Assembly: GCA_965541615.1 (NCBI GenBank)
Contig: CBEUCJ010000004.1
Location: 21,167 to 85,166 of the forward strand
Direction of reading: 5' to 3'
Origin: an uncultured bacterium
GTDB taxonomy: Bacteria; Omnitrophota; Gorgyraeia; Duberdicusellales; CBEUCJ01
DNA: 64,000 nucleotides
This document shows positions 40,207 through 48,755 of the stretch, in pieces; position 1 is the stretch's first letter; every line of letters begins with the position of its first letter. The notes under the pieces were generated by a model. That model was not told the origin of the DNA, ran no database searches, and saw only the letters and a list, made by a program, of their open reading frames with translations. Made by a program: the position numbers and the translations under genes.

Positions 40207-40393
40207 ATAAATTAGCTTTCTTAAAATAAACTTTTTAATACATGTAACACCTAATGCCATTTATTCAGCACTAAACTTTGGGGTTAGAAGATAATGTAAT
40301 AATTTTTTAGATATTAAAAATGGGGCATTTTATAAGGACTCTTTTTGTTTCAATACTTTTGTTAGAAAATAAAGAATATTTGCTTTTTGTATA

Positions 40394-40737
40394 ATGATAT
40401 GTGATAATTTATTGATTTTAGAAAAAAGAAAAAAAATATTTTGAGAGTTATTTAAAATTTGCAAGATTAATTAAGAAAAAAAGCCAATCACATTTTTGGA
40501 GAGGTTAAAGTATTAGTTTTTGGCTCAGTTGTAAAAGGAGACTATCTTTCAAATAGGGATATAGACATTTTAATCATAACTGAAAATTTGCCTCAAGAAT
40601 TTTTTGAGCAAGTTAAATTAAAACAAAAATTATTAGAAGGTTTAGAAGAGAATCCTTTCCAGATACATCTTGCTGCTCCTCAAATGTATCAAAGATGGTA
40701 TAAGAATTTTATAAAAGATAATTATTTAGAAGTTTAA
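40394..40737 (+). pseudogene. MNT nucleotidyltransferase with two poly-A frameshifts (not in ORF track)
   Basis: EVKVLVFGSVVKGDYLSNRDIDILI...PFQIHL...WY; paralog of 41139; extra A in runs at about 40430-36 and 40476-82. Confidence 0.8.
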
Positions 40738-40747
40738 GAGGTGTCAA

Positions 40748-41142
40748 ATGGACATTGGATTCTTGAAAGAGAGAGCAAATGAATTTTTTGAAGAAGCGCA
40801 AGAATTATTAAAGAAAAAGAAGTATAATCTTTCAGTTTTCAATTTAGAGCAAGCAATTCAATTATGGATAAAATACTTGATTGGCAAGAAAATAGGAGAT
40901 TGGCCTAAGACGCATTTTTTTCAGAATTAATTCCTCAATTAGCTCAGGTTTATGAGGAAGAAAAGATTTTAGAATTTTATAAAGAAAATGAACTATTTTT
41001 TGATAGTTTAGAAGATGCTCATTTTACTTCTCGGTATTTTCCAAAAAAATTCACTGAAAATGTTATATTAAAACTTTTTGAATATTCTAAAAAATTTTTT
41101 AAATTGATTAAAGAGACTATTAATGAAGATTTTTCCCTATGA
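40748..41142 (+). pseudogene. HEPN domain protein, frameshifted in T7 run 40915-21
   Basis: FNLEQAIQL..K, PKTH then shifted SELIP...AHFTSRYFP; stop overlaps ATG 41139. Confidence 0.8.
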
Positions 41143-41495
41143 AGAAAAGTCTGGTCGATATAATTTTACCTATACATAAAAAAAAGGAGATGTACTTTAG
41201 GAATTATAAGTCTTATTGTCAAGAAATTAAAAGAATAGCAAAATGTTCTTTGAAAGAAGTAAGAGTGTTAGTGTTTGGTTCAGTGGTAAAAGATAAACAT
41301 ACTCCAAGTAGTGATATCGATGTTTTAATAATTTCTAATAACCTTCCTGAAGAATTTGAAGAGAGAGAAAAGATCAAGACAAATATTAAGTCAAAAATAG
41401 ACCCCTTTTCTCCATTTCAGCTCCATTTAGCCACACCTAAGGAATTTAAAGAATGGTATGAAAACTTTTTGAAAGGTAATTATCTAGAAATATAA
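41139..41495 (+). CDS. MNT nucleotidyltransferase
   Basis: VFGSVV...SDIDVLII, PFQLHL. Confidence 0.88.
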   Translation: MKKSLVDIILPIHKKKEMYFRNYKSYCQEIKRIAKCSLKEVRVLVFGSVVKDKHTPSSDIDVLIISNNLPEEFEEREKIKTNIKSKIDPFSPFQLHLATPKEFKEWYENFLKGNYLEI

Positions 41496-41516
41496 TTTTT
41501 TTAAAAAAATTTCAAC

Positions 41517-41545
41517 TTGACAAAATACAGATTATAGTATATATT
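41517..41545 (+). promoter_or_regulatory. sigma70 promoter of fur operon
   Basis: TTGACA 41517-22, 17 nt spacer, TATATT 41540-45. Confidence 0.65.
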
Positions 41546-41546
41546 T

Positions 41547-41565
41547 GAAAATGAAAATCATTATC
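41547..41565. promoter_or_regulatory. Fur box
   Basis: GAAAATGAAAATCATTATC, 17/19 to GATAATGATAATCATTATC, over the expected TSS. Confidence 0.8.
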
Positions 41566-41580
41566 AATAAGGAGTGATCA

Positions 41581-42069
41581 ATGCCACACAGAAGGCATAG
41601 AAAAGGAATGATGTGGTGGCATATGAGGTTTATAGATGCAGGTTTTAGAATGACTTTGCCAAGACAAGCAATTATGGAGGTTTTAAGTAACACTACAGAG
41701 CATTTGAGTGCTGAAGAAATATACCTTAAAGTGCGCAAAAGATATCCTGGAATAGGACTTACAACTGTGTACAGAACTTTAGATATTCTAGTTAACATGG
41801 GACTCATATCTAAATTTGATTTTGGAGATGGCAGAGCACGTTATGAATTATCAGAGACTTCAAAGGGTGCAAAACCTCATCATCATCATTTGGTATGTAG
41901 AGAGTGTGGGAAAATAATAGATTATACAGAGTTTATAGATGATGAAGTAGAATTAATTAACAACATTCAGAAAAAACTTTCAGAAAAATATAACTTTAAG
42001 ATAACAAATCACATTATTCAATTTTATGGATTGTGTGATAAATGTCAGCAGAAGAATAAAGTAACGTAA
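41581..42069 (+). CDS. fur: Fur family transcriptional regulator
   Basis: HLSAEEIY, TVYRTL, HHHHLVC..C, C-terminal CDKC. Confidence 0.93.
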   Translation: MPHRRHRKGMMWWHMRFIDAGFRMTLPRQAIMEVLSNTTEHLSAEEIYLKVRKRYPGIGLTTVYRTLDILVNMGLISKFDFGDGRARYELSETSKGAKPHHHHLVCRECGKIIDYTEFIDDEVELINNIQKKLSEKYNFKITNHIIQFYGLCDKCQQKNKVT

Positions 42070-42088
42070 ATTTTTTTCTTTGGTAAAT

Positions 42089-42107
42089 GAAAATGATTAT
42101 CATTATT
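42089..42107. promoter_or_regulatory. second Fur box
   Basis: GAAAATGATTATCATTATT, 16/19 to consensus, before small-protein genes. Confidence 0.7.
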
Positions 42108-42127
42108 AATAAAAGGGGGTGAGAAAA

Positions 42128-42355
42128 ATGAGAGGAAGAAATTTTTGGGGACCAGGATTTTGGAAATTTGGGTATTTAGGATATCCTTATTATCCAAGCT
42201 ATTTTGGATTTCCTTTTTTCTGGGGTAGAGGAAGAGGGAATCCATTTCCTTTTTGTAGATGGTTTCCATTTTTACCTCGTGGATGGTGGGCGATGCCATT
42301 CTTTTTAAGTATGTGGCAAAATATTTATCCATATCAAGGAGGAACTACAAAATGA
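42128..42355 (+). CDS. small Gly/Pro/aromatic-rich protein (DUF5320-like)
   Basis: GRGRGNPFPFCRWFPFLPRGWW; SD gggggtg. Confidence 0.7.
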   Translation: MRGRNFWGPGFWKFGYLGYPYYPSYFGFPFFWGRGRGNPFPFCRWFPFLPRGWWAMPFFLSMWQNIYPYQGGTTK

Positions 42356-42519
42356 TTTTTAGAGAAAGCTTTTTAAAATTTATTGATTCTAAATCTTTGC
42401 ATAATGATTCTGCTTACTTTGCTATACATTGGCCCTATTTTTGGAATAGGACTCTTATAGGAAAGAATGTTCAAAAAAAGAAAGAAGGAATAAAAGAAAA
42501 AGTTAAAAAAAGGAGGTGA
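42352..42519 (+). CDS. small hypothetical protein
   Basis: ATGA overlap with previous gene; SD aggagg. Confidence 0.45.
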   Translation: MIFRESFLKFIDSKSLHNDSAYFAIHWPYFWNRTLIGKNVQKKKEGIKEKVKKRR

Positions 42520-42524
42520 TAGTT

Positions 42525-42755
42525 ATGCCTTTCGGAATGGGACCAGCTGGTTGGTTTTTAGCACCATACATTTATCCTCAGATTTTAAATTTTTATCAAA
42601 ATTTTCTAAGAATGTGGGGTTATCCATTTTATGGATTCTCAATGCCCTTTTATGGAGGTGATGAATTAAGTTACTTAAAACAATTAAAGCAGAATTTAGA
42701 ACTTCAGTTACAAGACATTGAAAGAAGGATTAAAGAATTAGAATCTACTACTTAA
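42525..42755 (+). CDS. DUF5320-like protein (aromatic N-terminus, coiled-coil C-terminus)
   Basis: MPFGMGPAGW...ELSYLKQLKQNLELQLQDIERRIKELE; SD aggaggtg. Confidence 0.78.
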   Translation: MPFGMGPAGWFLAPYIYPQILNFYQNFLRMWGYPFYGFSMPFYGGDELSYLKQLKQNLELQLQDIERRIKELESTT

Positions 42756-42777
42756 TAAAATAAGGAGGTGAGGGGAT

Positions 42778-43080
42778 ATGAGAGGTTATAGACATAGAAA
42801 TATGTATTATTTAACAGGATTACCTGGTTGGATGAGATTTGGATTTAGTCCTGGGTGGGGAGGTTTACCTCCTGGAGCTCAATATATGTTTACAGGAAAT
42901 TGGCCTACTCTGCAGGCAAATTCTTTATGGTCAAATATTTCTCAAAATGCAACATTTGATCCTTATAAAGTCTCTCAGATTAGTAAAGAGCAAGAGTTGC
43001 AGCTTTTAAAGCAACAGGCAGAAGCTTTAAAAGCTCAGCTTGAAAGAATAGAAAAAAGAGTTCAAGAGTTAGAGTCTTAA
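42778..43080 (+). CDS. DUF5320 family protein
   Basis: RHRNMYYLTGLPGWMRFG; EQELQLLKQQAEALKAQLERIEKRVQELE. Confidence 0.85.
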   Translation: MRGYRHRNMYYLTGLPGWMRFGFSPGWGGLPPGAQYMFTGNWPTLQANSLWSNISQNATFDPYKVSQISKEQELQLLKQQAEALKAQLERIEKRVQELES

Positions 43081-43115
43081 AAAGTTGTAAGTTTGTTTAA
43101 TAAAGGAGGGAGTTT

Positions 43116-43634
43116 ATGAAAATTTGCGTAACAGCTCAAGGAAATACTTTAGAATCTTTGGTAGATCCCAGATTTGGAAGAGCTCAATATTTTATAATTT
43201 ATGATACTGAGACTGATTCTTTTGAAAGTATCTTAAATCCAAATTTAAATCTATTTTCAGGAGCAGGAATTCAAAGTGCACAACTTATAGTACAAAAAGG
43301 AGTTCAAGTTTTAATTACAGGAAACGTGGGACCCAATGCTTTTAATGTATTAACAGCTGCTGGAATAAATATAATAACAGGTATAATGGGAGTATCAGTA
43401 AAGGAAGCTATAGAAAGATTTAAGAGAGGAGAGTTGAATTTTACTTTTTCTCCAACAGTCTCTAAACACTTTGGAGCTCAAATGTATCCACCAAACTTTG
43501 GGACGATGCCATATCAATTTCAAACTTCTAAAGCACAAGAACTTAATATGTTAAAACAACAACTTCAATTTTTAAAACAGCAGATCGAGATGATAAACCA
43601 GAGAATAAAGGAGTTAGAAAAAAATGAGCAATAA
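43116..43634 (+). CDS. NifB/NifX-family (FeMo-co binding fold) protein with DUF5320-type coiled-coil tail
   Basis: DPRFGRAQYF, GAGIQSAQ, TGNVGPNA. Confidence 0.88.
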   Translation: MKICVTAQGNTLESLVDPRFGRAQYFIIYDTETDSFESILNPNLNLFSGAGIQSAQLIVQKGVQVLITGNVGPNAFNVLTAAGINIITGIMGVSVKEAIERFKRGELNFTFSPTVSKHFGAQMYPPNFGTMPYQFQTSKAQELNMLKQQLQFLKQQIEMINQRIKELEKNEQ

Positions 43635-43914
43635 AGCTACAGTCCTTAAAGAAATTTGTAGAGGATGTGGACTTTGTGCTTTTAGTTGTCCTCAGAATGC
43701 TATAACTATCATCTTTGGAAAAGCTGAAGTAGATAAATCTAAGTGTATAGGATGCAGAAGATGCATCCAAGTATGTCCTGTAAAAGCTATTGTAATCACT
43801 CCTTCTGTAAATAAAGAAGAAGTAGAGATTTTTAAAAAACAGGTTAGAAGATTAAAGGAGAGAATAACGACTGTTAACAGAAAGATAAAAGATTTATTAG
43901 AAAAAAGGAGGTGA
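43624..43914 (+). CDS. 2x[4Fe-4S] ferredoxin with coiled-coil tail
   Basis: CRGCGLC...CP and CIGCRRC...CP. Confidence 0.88.
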   Translation: MSNKATVLKEICRGCGLCAFSCPQNAITIIFGKAEVDKSKCIGCRRCIQVCPVKAIVITPSVNKEEVEIFKKQVRRLKERITTVNRKIKDLLEKRR

Positions 43915-43917
43915 TTT

Positions 43918-44625
43918 TTGAAAGTAGCTATAGCTGTAGATAAAGGTAAAGTTTCAGCTCATTTTGGAAGATGTGAAGAGTTTGTCTTATTAGAAATAGA
44001 AGATTCAAAAGTAATCAGTAAAAAAATGATTAAAAATCCAGGACATAAACCTGGATTTCTACCTCAATTTTTAAAGGAGCTAAAAGTAGATGTAATAATC
44101 ACAGGAGGGATGGGTAAAAAAGCTTTAGAATTGTTTGAGAAAGCGCAAATAAAAGTTATTTTGGGGATCACAGGAGAAGTTGAAGACGTAATAAATGAGT
44201 TTTTGAAAGGTAATTTAAAAAGTAAGGAAAGTTTATGTACACGAGATACATTTAAAGAAACTGAAGTTAAGTATTATAAAGAAAAAGGTAGTAAGATTTG
44301 TATTACTTCTAAAGGAGATAGTTTAGATTCAGAGTTAGATCCTAATTTTGGAAGGTGCAACTATTTTATCATTTTTGATTTAGAGAGTTCAGATTACGAA
44401 GCTATAGAAAACCCTTATAAAGATTTACCTCAAGGAGCAGGGATAAGGAGCGCTCAATTTGTTATAGAAAAAAATGTAGATACTCTTTTAACAGGAGAAG
44501 TAGGTCCTCATGCTCAGGAAGTTTTACAGAAAGGCGGGGTTAATTTAATAAAAAGAATTTCAGGAAGAGTAAGAGAAGTAATTGAAGCGTTTAAAAAAGG
44601 AGGACCTAATTATGTGGGGCAATAG
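43918..44625 (+). CDS. tandem NifB/NifX-family protein
   Basis: HFGRC..F, GGMG; second domain NFGRCNYF, GAGI, GEVGP. Confidence 0.88.
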   Translation: MKVAIAVDKGKVSAHFGRCEEFVLLEIEDSKVISKKMIKNPGHKPGFLPQFLKELKVDVIITGGMGKKALELFEKAQIKVILGITGEVEDVINEFLKGNLKSKESLCTRDTFKETEVKYYKEKGSKICITSKGDSLDSELDPNFGRCNYFIIFDLESSDYEAIENPYKDLPQGAGIRSAQFVIEKNVDTLLTGEVGPHAQEVLQKGGVNLIKRISGRVREVIEAFKKGGPNYVGQ

Positions 44626-44800
44626 AGAAGAAGATATCAATAGAATTCAGAGAGGACAAGGAAGGATGGGTAGAAGAGGTTTAGGTCCTGGAGGATTTTG
44701 TAAATGCTTAAGATGTGGCACAAGAATTCCTCATCAAAGAGGAACCCCTTGTTATACTTTAACTTGTCCTAACTGTGGGGCAAGGATGGTTAGAGAATAA
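44612..44800 (+). CDS. small zinc-ribbon protein (GRMG/GPGG-C type)
   Basis: GPGGFCKCLRCG..IPH.RG.PC...CPNCG; SD aggagg. Confidence 0.8.
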   Translation: MWGNREEDINRIQRGQGRMGRRGLGPGGFCKCLRCGTRIPHQRGTPCYTLTCPNCGARMVRE

Positions 44801-44821
44801 TTTTGAAGTTTTTTGAAAAAA

Positions 44822-45673
44822 ATGAAAATATCTGTTGCCAGTGGAAAAGGAGGAGTAGGCAAAACCACAGTAGCTGTAGCTTTAGCAGATGTTTTGGTTT
44901 CATCAAAAAATGTGAATGTTTTGTTCTTAGATTGTGATGTAGAAGAACCAAATTCTTATTTTTTTATAAAACCTCAAATAACCCAAAAAATTCCAATCTA
45001 TACTCAGATTCCTCAGGTAGATAAAAATAAGTGTAATTTTTGTGCAAAATGTAGTAAAATTTGTGCTTATAATGCTATAGCAGTGGTGAAAACAGAGGTC
45101 TTAATATTTGATAATCTTTGTCATGGATGTGGAGCTTGTAGTTTTTTTTGTCCTCAAAAAGCAATAAAAGAAGTGAACAAAGAAATAGGATTTATTGAAA
45201 TAGGAGAAAAAGAAAATTTAAAATTTATTCATGGCAAATTGAAAATAGGACAAGCAATACCTACACCTTTAATTAAAGCTGTAAAAAGCTATATAAATGG
45301 TTTTGATTTTACTATAATAGATGCTCCTCCAGGAGCAAACTGTAGTGTAGTAGAATCTGTTAAGAACACAGATTTTTGTATTGTAGTTACAGAGCCTACC
45401 CCTTTTGGTTTAAGTGATATGATTCAGTTGACGCAGCTTTTAAAAAGGCTTGGTATTAAATTTGGAGTGATTATAAATAAAGAGAATTTAGGAGATGAAA
45501 GAGTTGAAAAGTTTTGCAAAGAAAATGATATTCCTATTCTACTAAAGATTCCTTTTCTGAGAGAAGTGAGTTTTCAAAGTGCAAAAGGTCAAATTTTAAC
45601 AAAAATCCTACCTGAGTATAAAAGAGAGTTTGACAAAGTTATAGAAAGAATTAAAGTTCTAAACTCAAATTAG
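44822..45673 (+). CDS. MinD/ParA-like P-loop ATPase with inserted 4Fe-4S domain
   Basis: SGKGGVGKTT, DCDVEEPN, two ferredoxin motifs, DAPPG, VTEPTPFG. Confidence 0.9.
   Translation: MKISVASGKGGVGKTTVAVALADVLVSSKNVNVLFLDCDVEEPNSYFFIKPQITQKIPIYTQIPQVDKNKCNFCAKCSKICAYNAIAVVKTEVLIFDNLCHGCGACSFFCPQKAIKEVNKEIGFIEIGEKENLKFIHGKLKIGQAIPTPLIKAVKSYINGFDFTIIDAPPGANCSVVESVKNTDFCIVVTEPTPFGLSDMIQLTQLLKRLGIKFGVIINKENLGDERVEKFCKENDIPILLKIPFLREVSFQSAKGQILTKILPEYKREFDKVIERIKVLNSN
44839..44878 (+). repeat. 40-bp near-identical repeat, second copy at 48014-48053
   Basis: cagtggaaaaggagg(a/g)gtaggcaaaaccacagtagctgta, 39/40 identical, Walker A of two ATPases. Confidence 0.8.
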
Positions 45674-45687
45674 GAGGGGGGTAGAGT

Positions 45688-47034
45688 ATGTTTATTAATA
45701 CTGATATTCTAATAATTGGCGCAGGTCCTGCTGGAATAGTAACAGCAACTACTGCACGTAAATACTATCCTGAGAAGAAAATTTTGATAGTAAAAAATGT
45801 AGAAAGAGGAGTAATCCCTTGTGGAATTCCTTACATGTTTTATAGTTTAAAGAATCCTGAGGAAAATGAGTTAAAGATTACTCCTTTAGAAAAGAAAAAT
45901 ATTCAGGTAATTATAGATGAAGTAGTAAACATAGATAGAATTCAGAAGATAGCCTATACAAAGAATGGAGATATGATAAATTATGAGAAATTAATAATGG
46001 CAACAGGCTCTCTTCCTCAAAGTTTGCCTATTCCTGGAATAGAGAAAGAAGGAGTTTATTTGATTTATAAAGATATGGAATATCTCAGAAAAGTGGTAGA
46101 AAAAGTAAAGAATTCAAAGAATGTCTTAATAATAGGAGGAGGGTTCATTGGATGTGAAGTGGCAGATGAGATTTCCAAAATAGAAGGAGTAAATGTGTAT
46201 TTAGTAGAAGTTTTACCTAATTTGTTAGCAAATTCTTTTGATCCTGAATTTTCTAAAATCGTAGAAGAAAAGTTAGTTTCAGAAGGTGTCAAGGTCTTAA
46301 CTAATACTAAAGTAGTAGAGATTATAGGTAAAGAAAAGGTCGAAGAAGTCCTGTTATCTGATGGAAGAAAAATAAAAGTAGATGTGGTGATTTTAGGGAT
46401 AGGTTCTGTTCCTAATACAGAGTTAGCTCAAAAAATAGGTTTAGAGATAGGTAAAAGAAAGGGGATAAGAGTAGATGAATACATGAGGACTTCAGATCCA
46501 AACATATTTGCAGTCGGAGACTGTGCAGAAAAAAGAGATTTTTTTACACGTAAACCTGTTCAAGTAATGTTAGCTTCTACTGCTACAGCTGAAAGCAGAA
46601 TCTGTGGAGCAAATATTTATAAATTAAAAGTAATCCGTGAAAATAAAGGTACAATCGCTATCTATTCAACATTTATAAATGGAGTAGTTTTAGGTTCTGC
46701 AGGTTTAACTGAAAAAACTGCAAATTTAGAAGGATTTGAGATTATAACAGGCATTGCAGAAGCTCCAGACAAACACCCTAAAACTTTACCTTCAGCAAAC
46801 AAAATAAAAGTAAAGCTTATTTTCTCAAAACATTCAGGGATTATTTTAGGAGGACAGGTTGCAGGAGGCATGAGTTGTGGAGAGTTAATAAATTTAATAG
46901 GTGTAGCTATTCAAAAAAGAATGTCTTTTACAGAATTAGAGACTTTACAGATGGCTACACACCCTTATTTAACACCAGCACCTACAATGTATCCTGTAGT
47001 TTTAGCTGCTCAAGATGCAGCGAATAAGATTTAG
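45688..47034 (+). CDS. FAD-dependent pyridine nucleotide-disulfide oxidoreductase (CoA-disulfide reductase/NADH oxidase family)
   Basis: GAGPAG, PCGIPY single Cys, GGGFIG, AVGDCA. Confidence 0.88.
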   Translation: MFINTDILIIGAGPAGIVTATTARKYYPEKKILIVKNVERGVIPCGIPYMFYSLKNPEENELKITPLEKKNIQVIIDEVVNIDRIQKIAYTKNGDMINYEKLIMATGSLPQSLPIPGIEKEGVYLIYKDMEYLRKVVEKVKNSKNVLIIGGGFIGCEVADEISKIEGVNVYLVEVLPNLLANSFDPEFSKIVEEKLVSEGVKVLTNTKVVEIIGKEKVEEVLLSDGRKIKVDVVILGIGSVPNTELAQKIGLEIGKRKGIRVDEYMRTSDPNIFAVGDCAEKRDFFTRKPVQVMLASTATAESRICGANIYKLKVIRENKGTIAIYSTFINGVVLGSAGLTEKTANLEGFEIITGIAEAPDKHPKTLPSANKIKVKLIFSKHSGIILGGQVAGGMSCGELINLIGVAIQKRMSFTELETLQMATHPYLTPAPTMYPVVLAAQDAANKI

Positions 47035-47040
47035 AGAGAG

Positions 47041-47916
47041 ATGAATCCAAAAGAGTTAGTTATAATTAGTGGAAAAGGTGGCACAGGTAAAACTACTCTT
47101 GCTTTGGGTTTAGTTTCCATTTTTAAAAATATAGTAATTGCAGATTGTGATGTAGATACTCCTGATTTACATTTGGTATTAAAGCCTTATAAGACAGAAG
47201 AAAAAGGAATATTCAAAGAGAGGTTTACAGCTTTCATAAATAAAGACAGATGTATAGAATGCGGAAAGTGTAGACAAGTTTGTAGATTTGAAGCTATAAG
47301 CAAAGATTTAGTGGTGAACTCTTTAGAATGTCAGGGTTGTAGATTTTGTGAATTAGTGTGTCCTCAAAAAGCAATAGAGATGAGAGAAGAGATTACAGGA
47401 AACTGGCAGATTTCTCAAACAAGATTTGGTCCTTTTGTTTGGGCTCAACTTACTAATTTAGGTGAGAATTCAGGAAAATTGGTAAGTTTAATAAGAGAGA
47501 AGGCAAGAAATCTTGCTAAAAAAATAGGTTCAGAATTAGTCATCATAGATGGTTCACCAGGTATTGGATGTCCAGTAATAGCTTCTATAACTGGTGCAAA
47601 TTTTTGCGTAGTAGTCACAGAGCCTAGCTTATCAGCTTTACATGATGCTGAGAGAGTTATAAGACTTACTGAACATTTTAGAATAAAAGCGGGTTTAGTG
47701 ATAAATAAATACGATTTAAATCCAGAGTTAACTCAAAAGATCCAAGATTGGGCTCAAAAAGAAGAGGTTGCTATTTTAGGAAAAATAAAGTTTAAAGAGT
47801 CAGTAATAAAAGCTATGTTGGAGTTAAAAACCGTAATAGAATTTCCAGATCAAGAAATAAAATCTACTTTTTACGAGATTGCATCTAAAATAAAAGAAAG
47901 ATTAGAAGCTAGTTAA
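47041..47916 (+). CDS. MinD/ParA-like P-loop ATPase with inserted 4Fe-4S domain
   Basis: SGKGGTGKT, DCDVD..DL, ENSGKLV, DGSPGIGCPV. Confidence 0.9.
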   Translation: MNPKELVIISGKGGTGKTTLALGLVSIFKNIVIADCDVDTPDLHLVLKPYKTEEKGIFKERFTAFINKDRCIECGKCRQVCRFEAISKDLVVNSLECQGCRFCELVCPQKAIEMREEITGNWQISQTRFGPFVWAQLTNLGENSGKLVSLIREKARNLAKKIGSELVIIDGSPGIGCPVIASITGANFCVVVTEPSLSALHDAERVIRLTEHFRIKAGLVINKYDLNPELTQKIQDWAQKEEVAILGKIKFKESVIKAMLELKTVIEFPDQEIKSTFYEIASKIKERLEAS

Positions 47917-47930
47917 TTGGAATAATTATT

Positions 47931-48755
47931 ATGCAAGGAGTAGATAATTTTTCCCAAATAAAAATGCAGATAAAAGAAAATCTTTCTCAAGTAAAATATA
48001 AATTACTTATTATCAGTGGAAAAGGAGGGGTAGGCAAAACCACAGTAGCTGTAAATTTAGGATATAGTTTAGCTGTTAAAAAATATAAAGTTGGAATATT
48101 AGATGTAGATATTCATGGTCCAAATGTGCCTAAAATGTTAGGGATAGAAAATCAAAGACTTACAGCCTCTGAAAGTGGAAGAATAGAACCCGTTCAGGTT
48201 TTACCTAACTTAAAAGTAGTGAGTTTAGCTTTAGTAGGTGAGGATCCTGAAAAACCAGTCATATGGCGAGGACCTTTAAAAACAGCAGTAATTAGACAGT
48301 TTTTAGCTGAAAGTAATTGGCAAGATTTAGATTTCTTAATTGTAGACTCTCCTCCTGGAACAGGAGATGAACCTTTAAGTGTTTGTCAATTGATCTGTGA
48401 GTTAGATGGAGCAATAGTAGTAGCTACTCCTCAAGAAGTAGCTCTTTTAGATGTTAAAAAGAGTATTTTATTTGCTAAAGAGTTAGGTGTCCCAATAATT
48501 GGAATAGTTGAGAATATGAGTTTCTTTATATGTCCTCATTGCCAAAAAAAGATAGATTTACTCACAACACAAAAAATTGAAGAAATTATTCAAAAGACTG
48601 GTATTCAGATTTTAGGAAGACTTCCTTTTGATATTGATGTGTTAAGATTTCAAGATAGAGGAAGACCTTTTGTTTATTTTAATAAAGATTCAGAAGCAGC
48701 CAAAATTATGGATAGAATTACAGATAAAATTGTAGATTTTTTAGTAAAAAAATGA
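47931..48755 (+). CDS. Mrp/NBP35 Fe-S carrier ATPase
   Basis: SGKGGVGKT, DIHGP, VIWRGP, DSPPGTGD, ENMS...CPHC. Confidence 0.93.
   Translation: MQGVDNFSQIKMQIKENLSQVKYKLLIISGKGGVGKTTVAVNLGYSLAVKKYKVGILDVDIHGPNVPKMLGIENQRLTASESGRIEPVQVLPNLKVVSLALVGEDPEKPVIWRGPLKTAVIRQFLAESNWQDLDFLIVDSPPGTGDEPLSVCQLICELDGAIVVATPQEVALLDVKKSILFAKELGVPIIGIVENMSFFICPHCQKKIDLLTTQKIEEIIQKTGIQILGRLPFDIDVLRFQDRGRPFVYFNKDSEAAKIMDRITDKIVDFLVKK

Noticed and set aside
40253-40329. Imperfect inverted repeat aatgccattt...aaatggggcatt after the kinase
   Set aside because: Long loop and weak stem; not a convincing terminator or element end
43116-44625. NifB/NifX-like genes as evidence of nitrogen fixation
   Set aside because: No nifHDK; this fold is common in non-diazotroph anaerobe clusters
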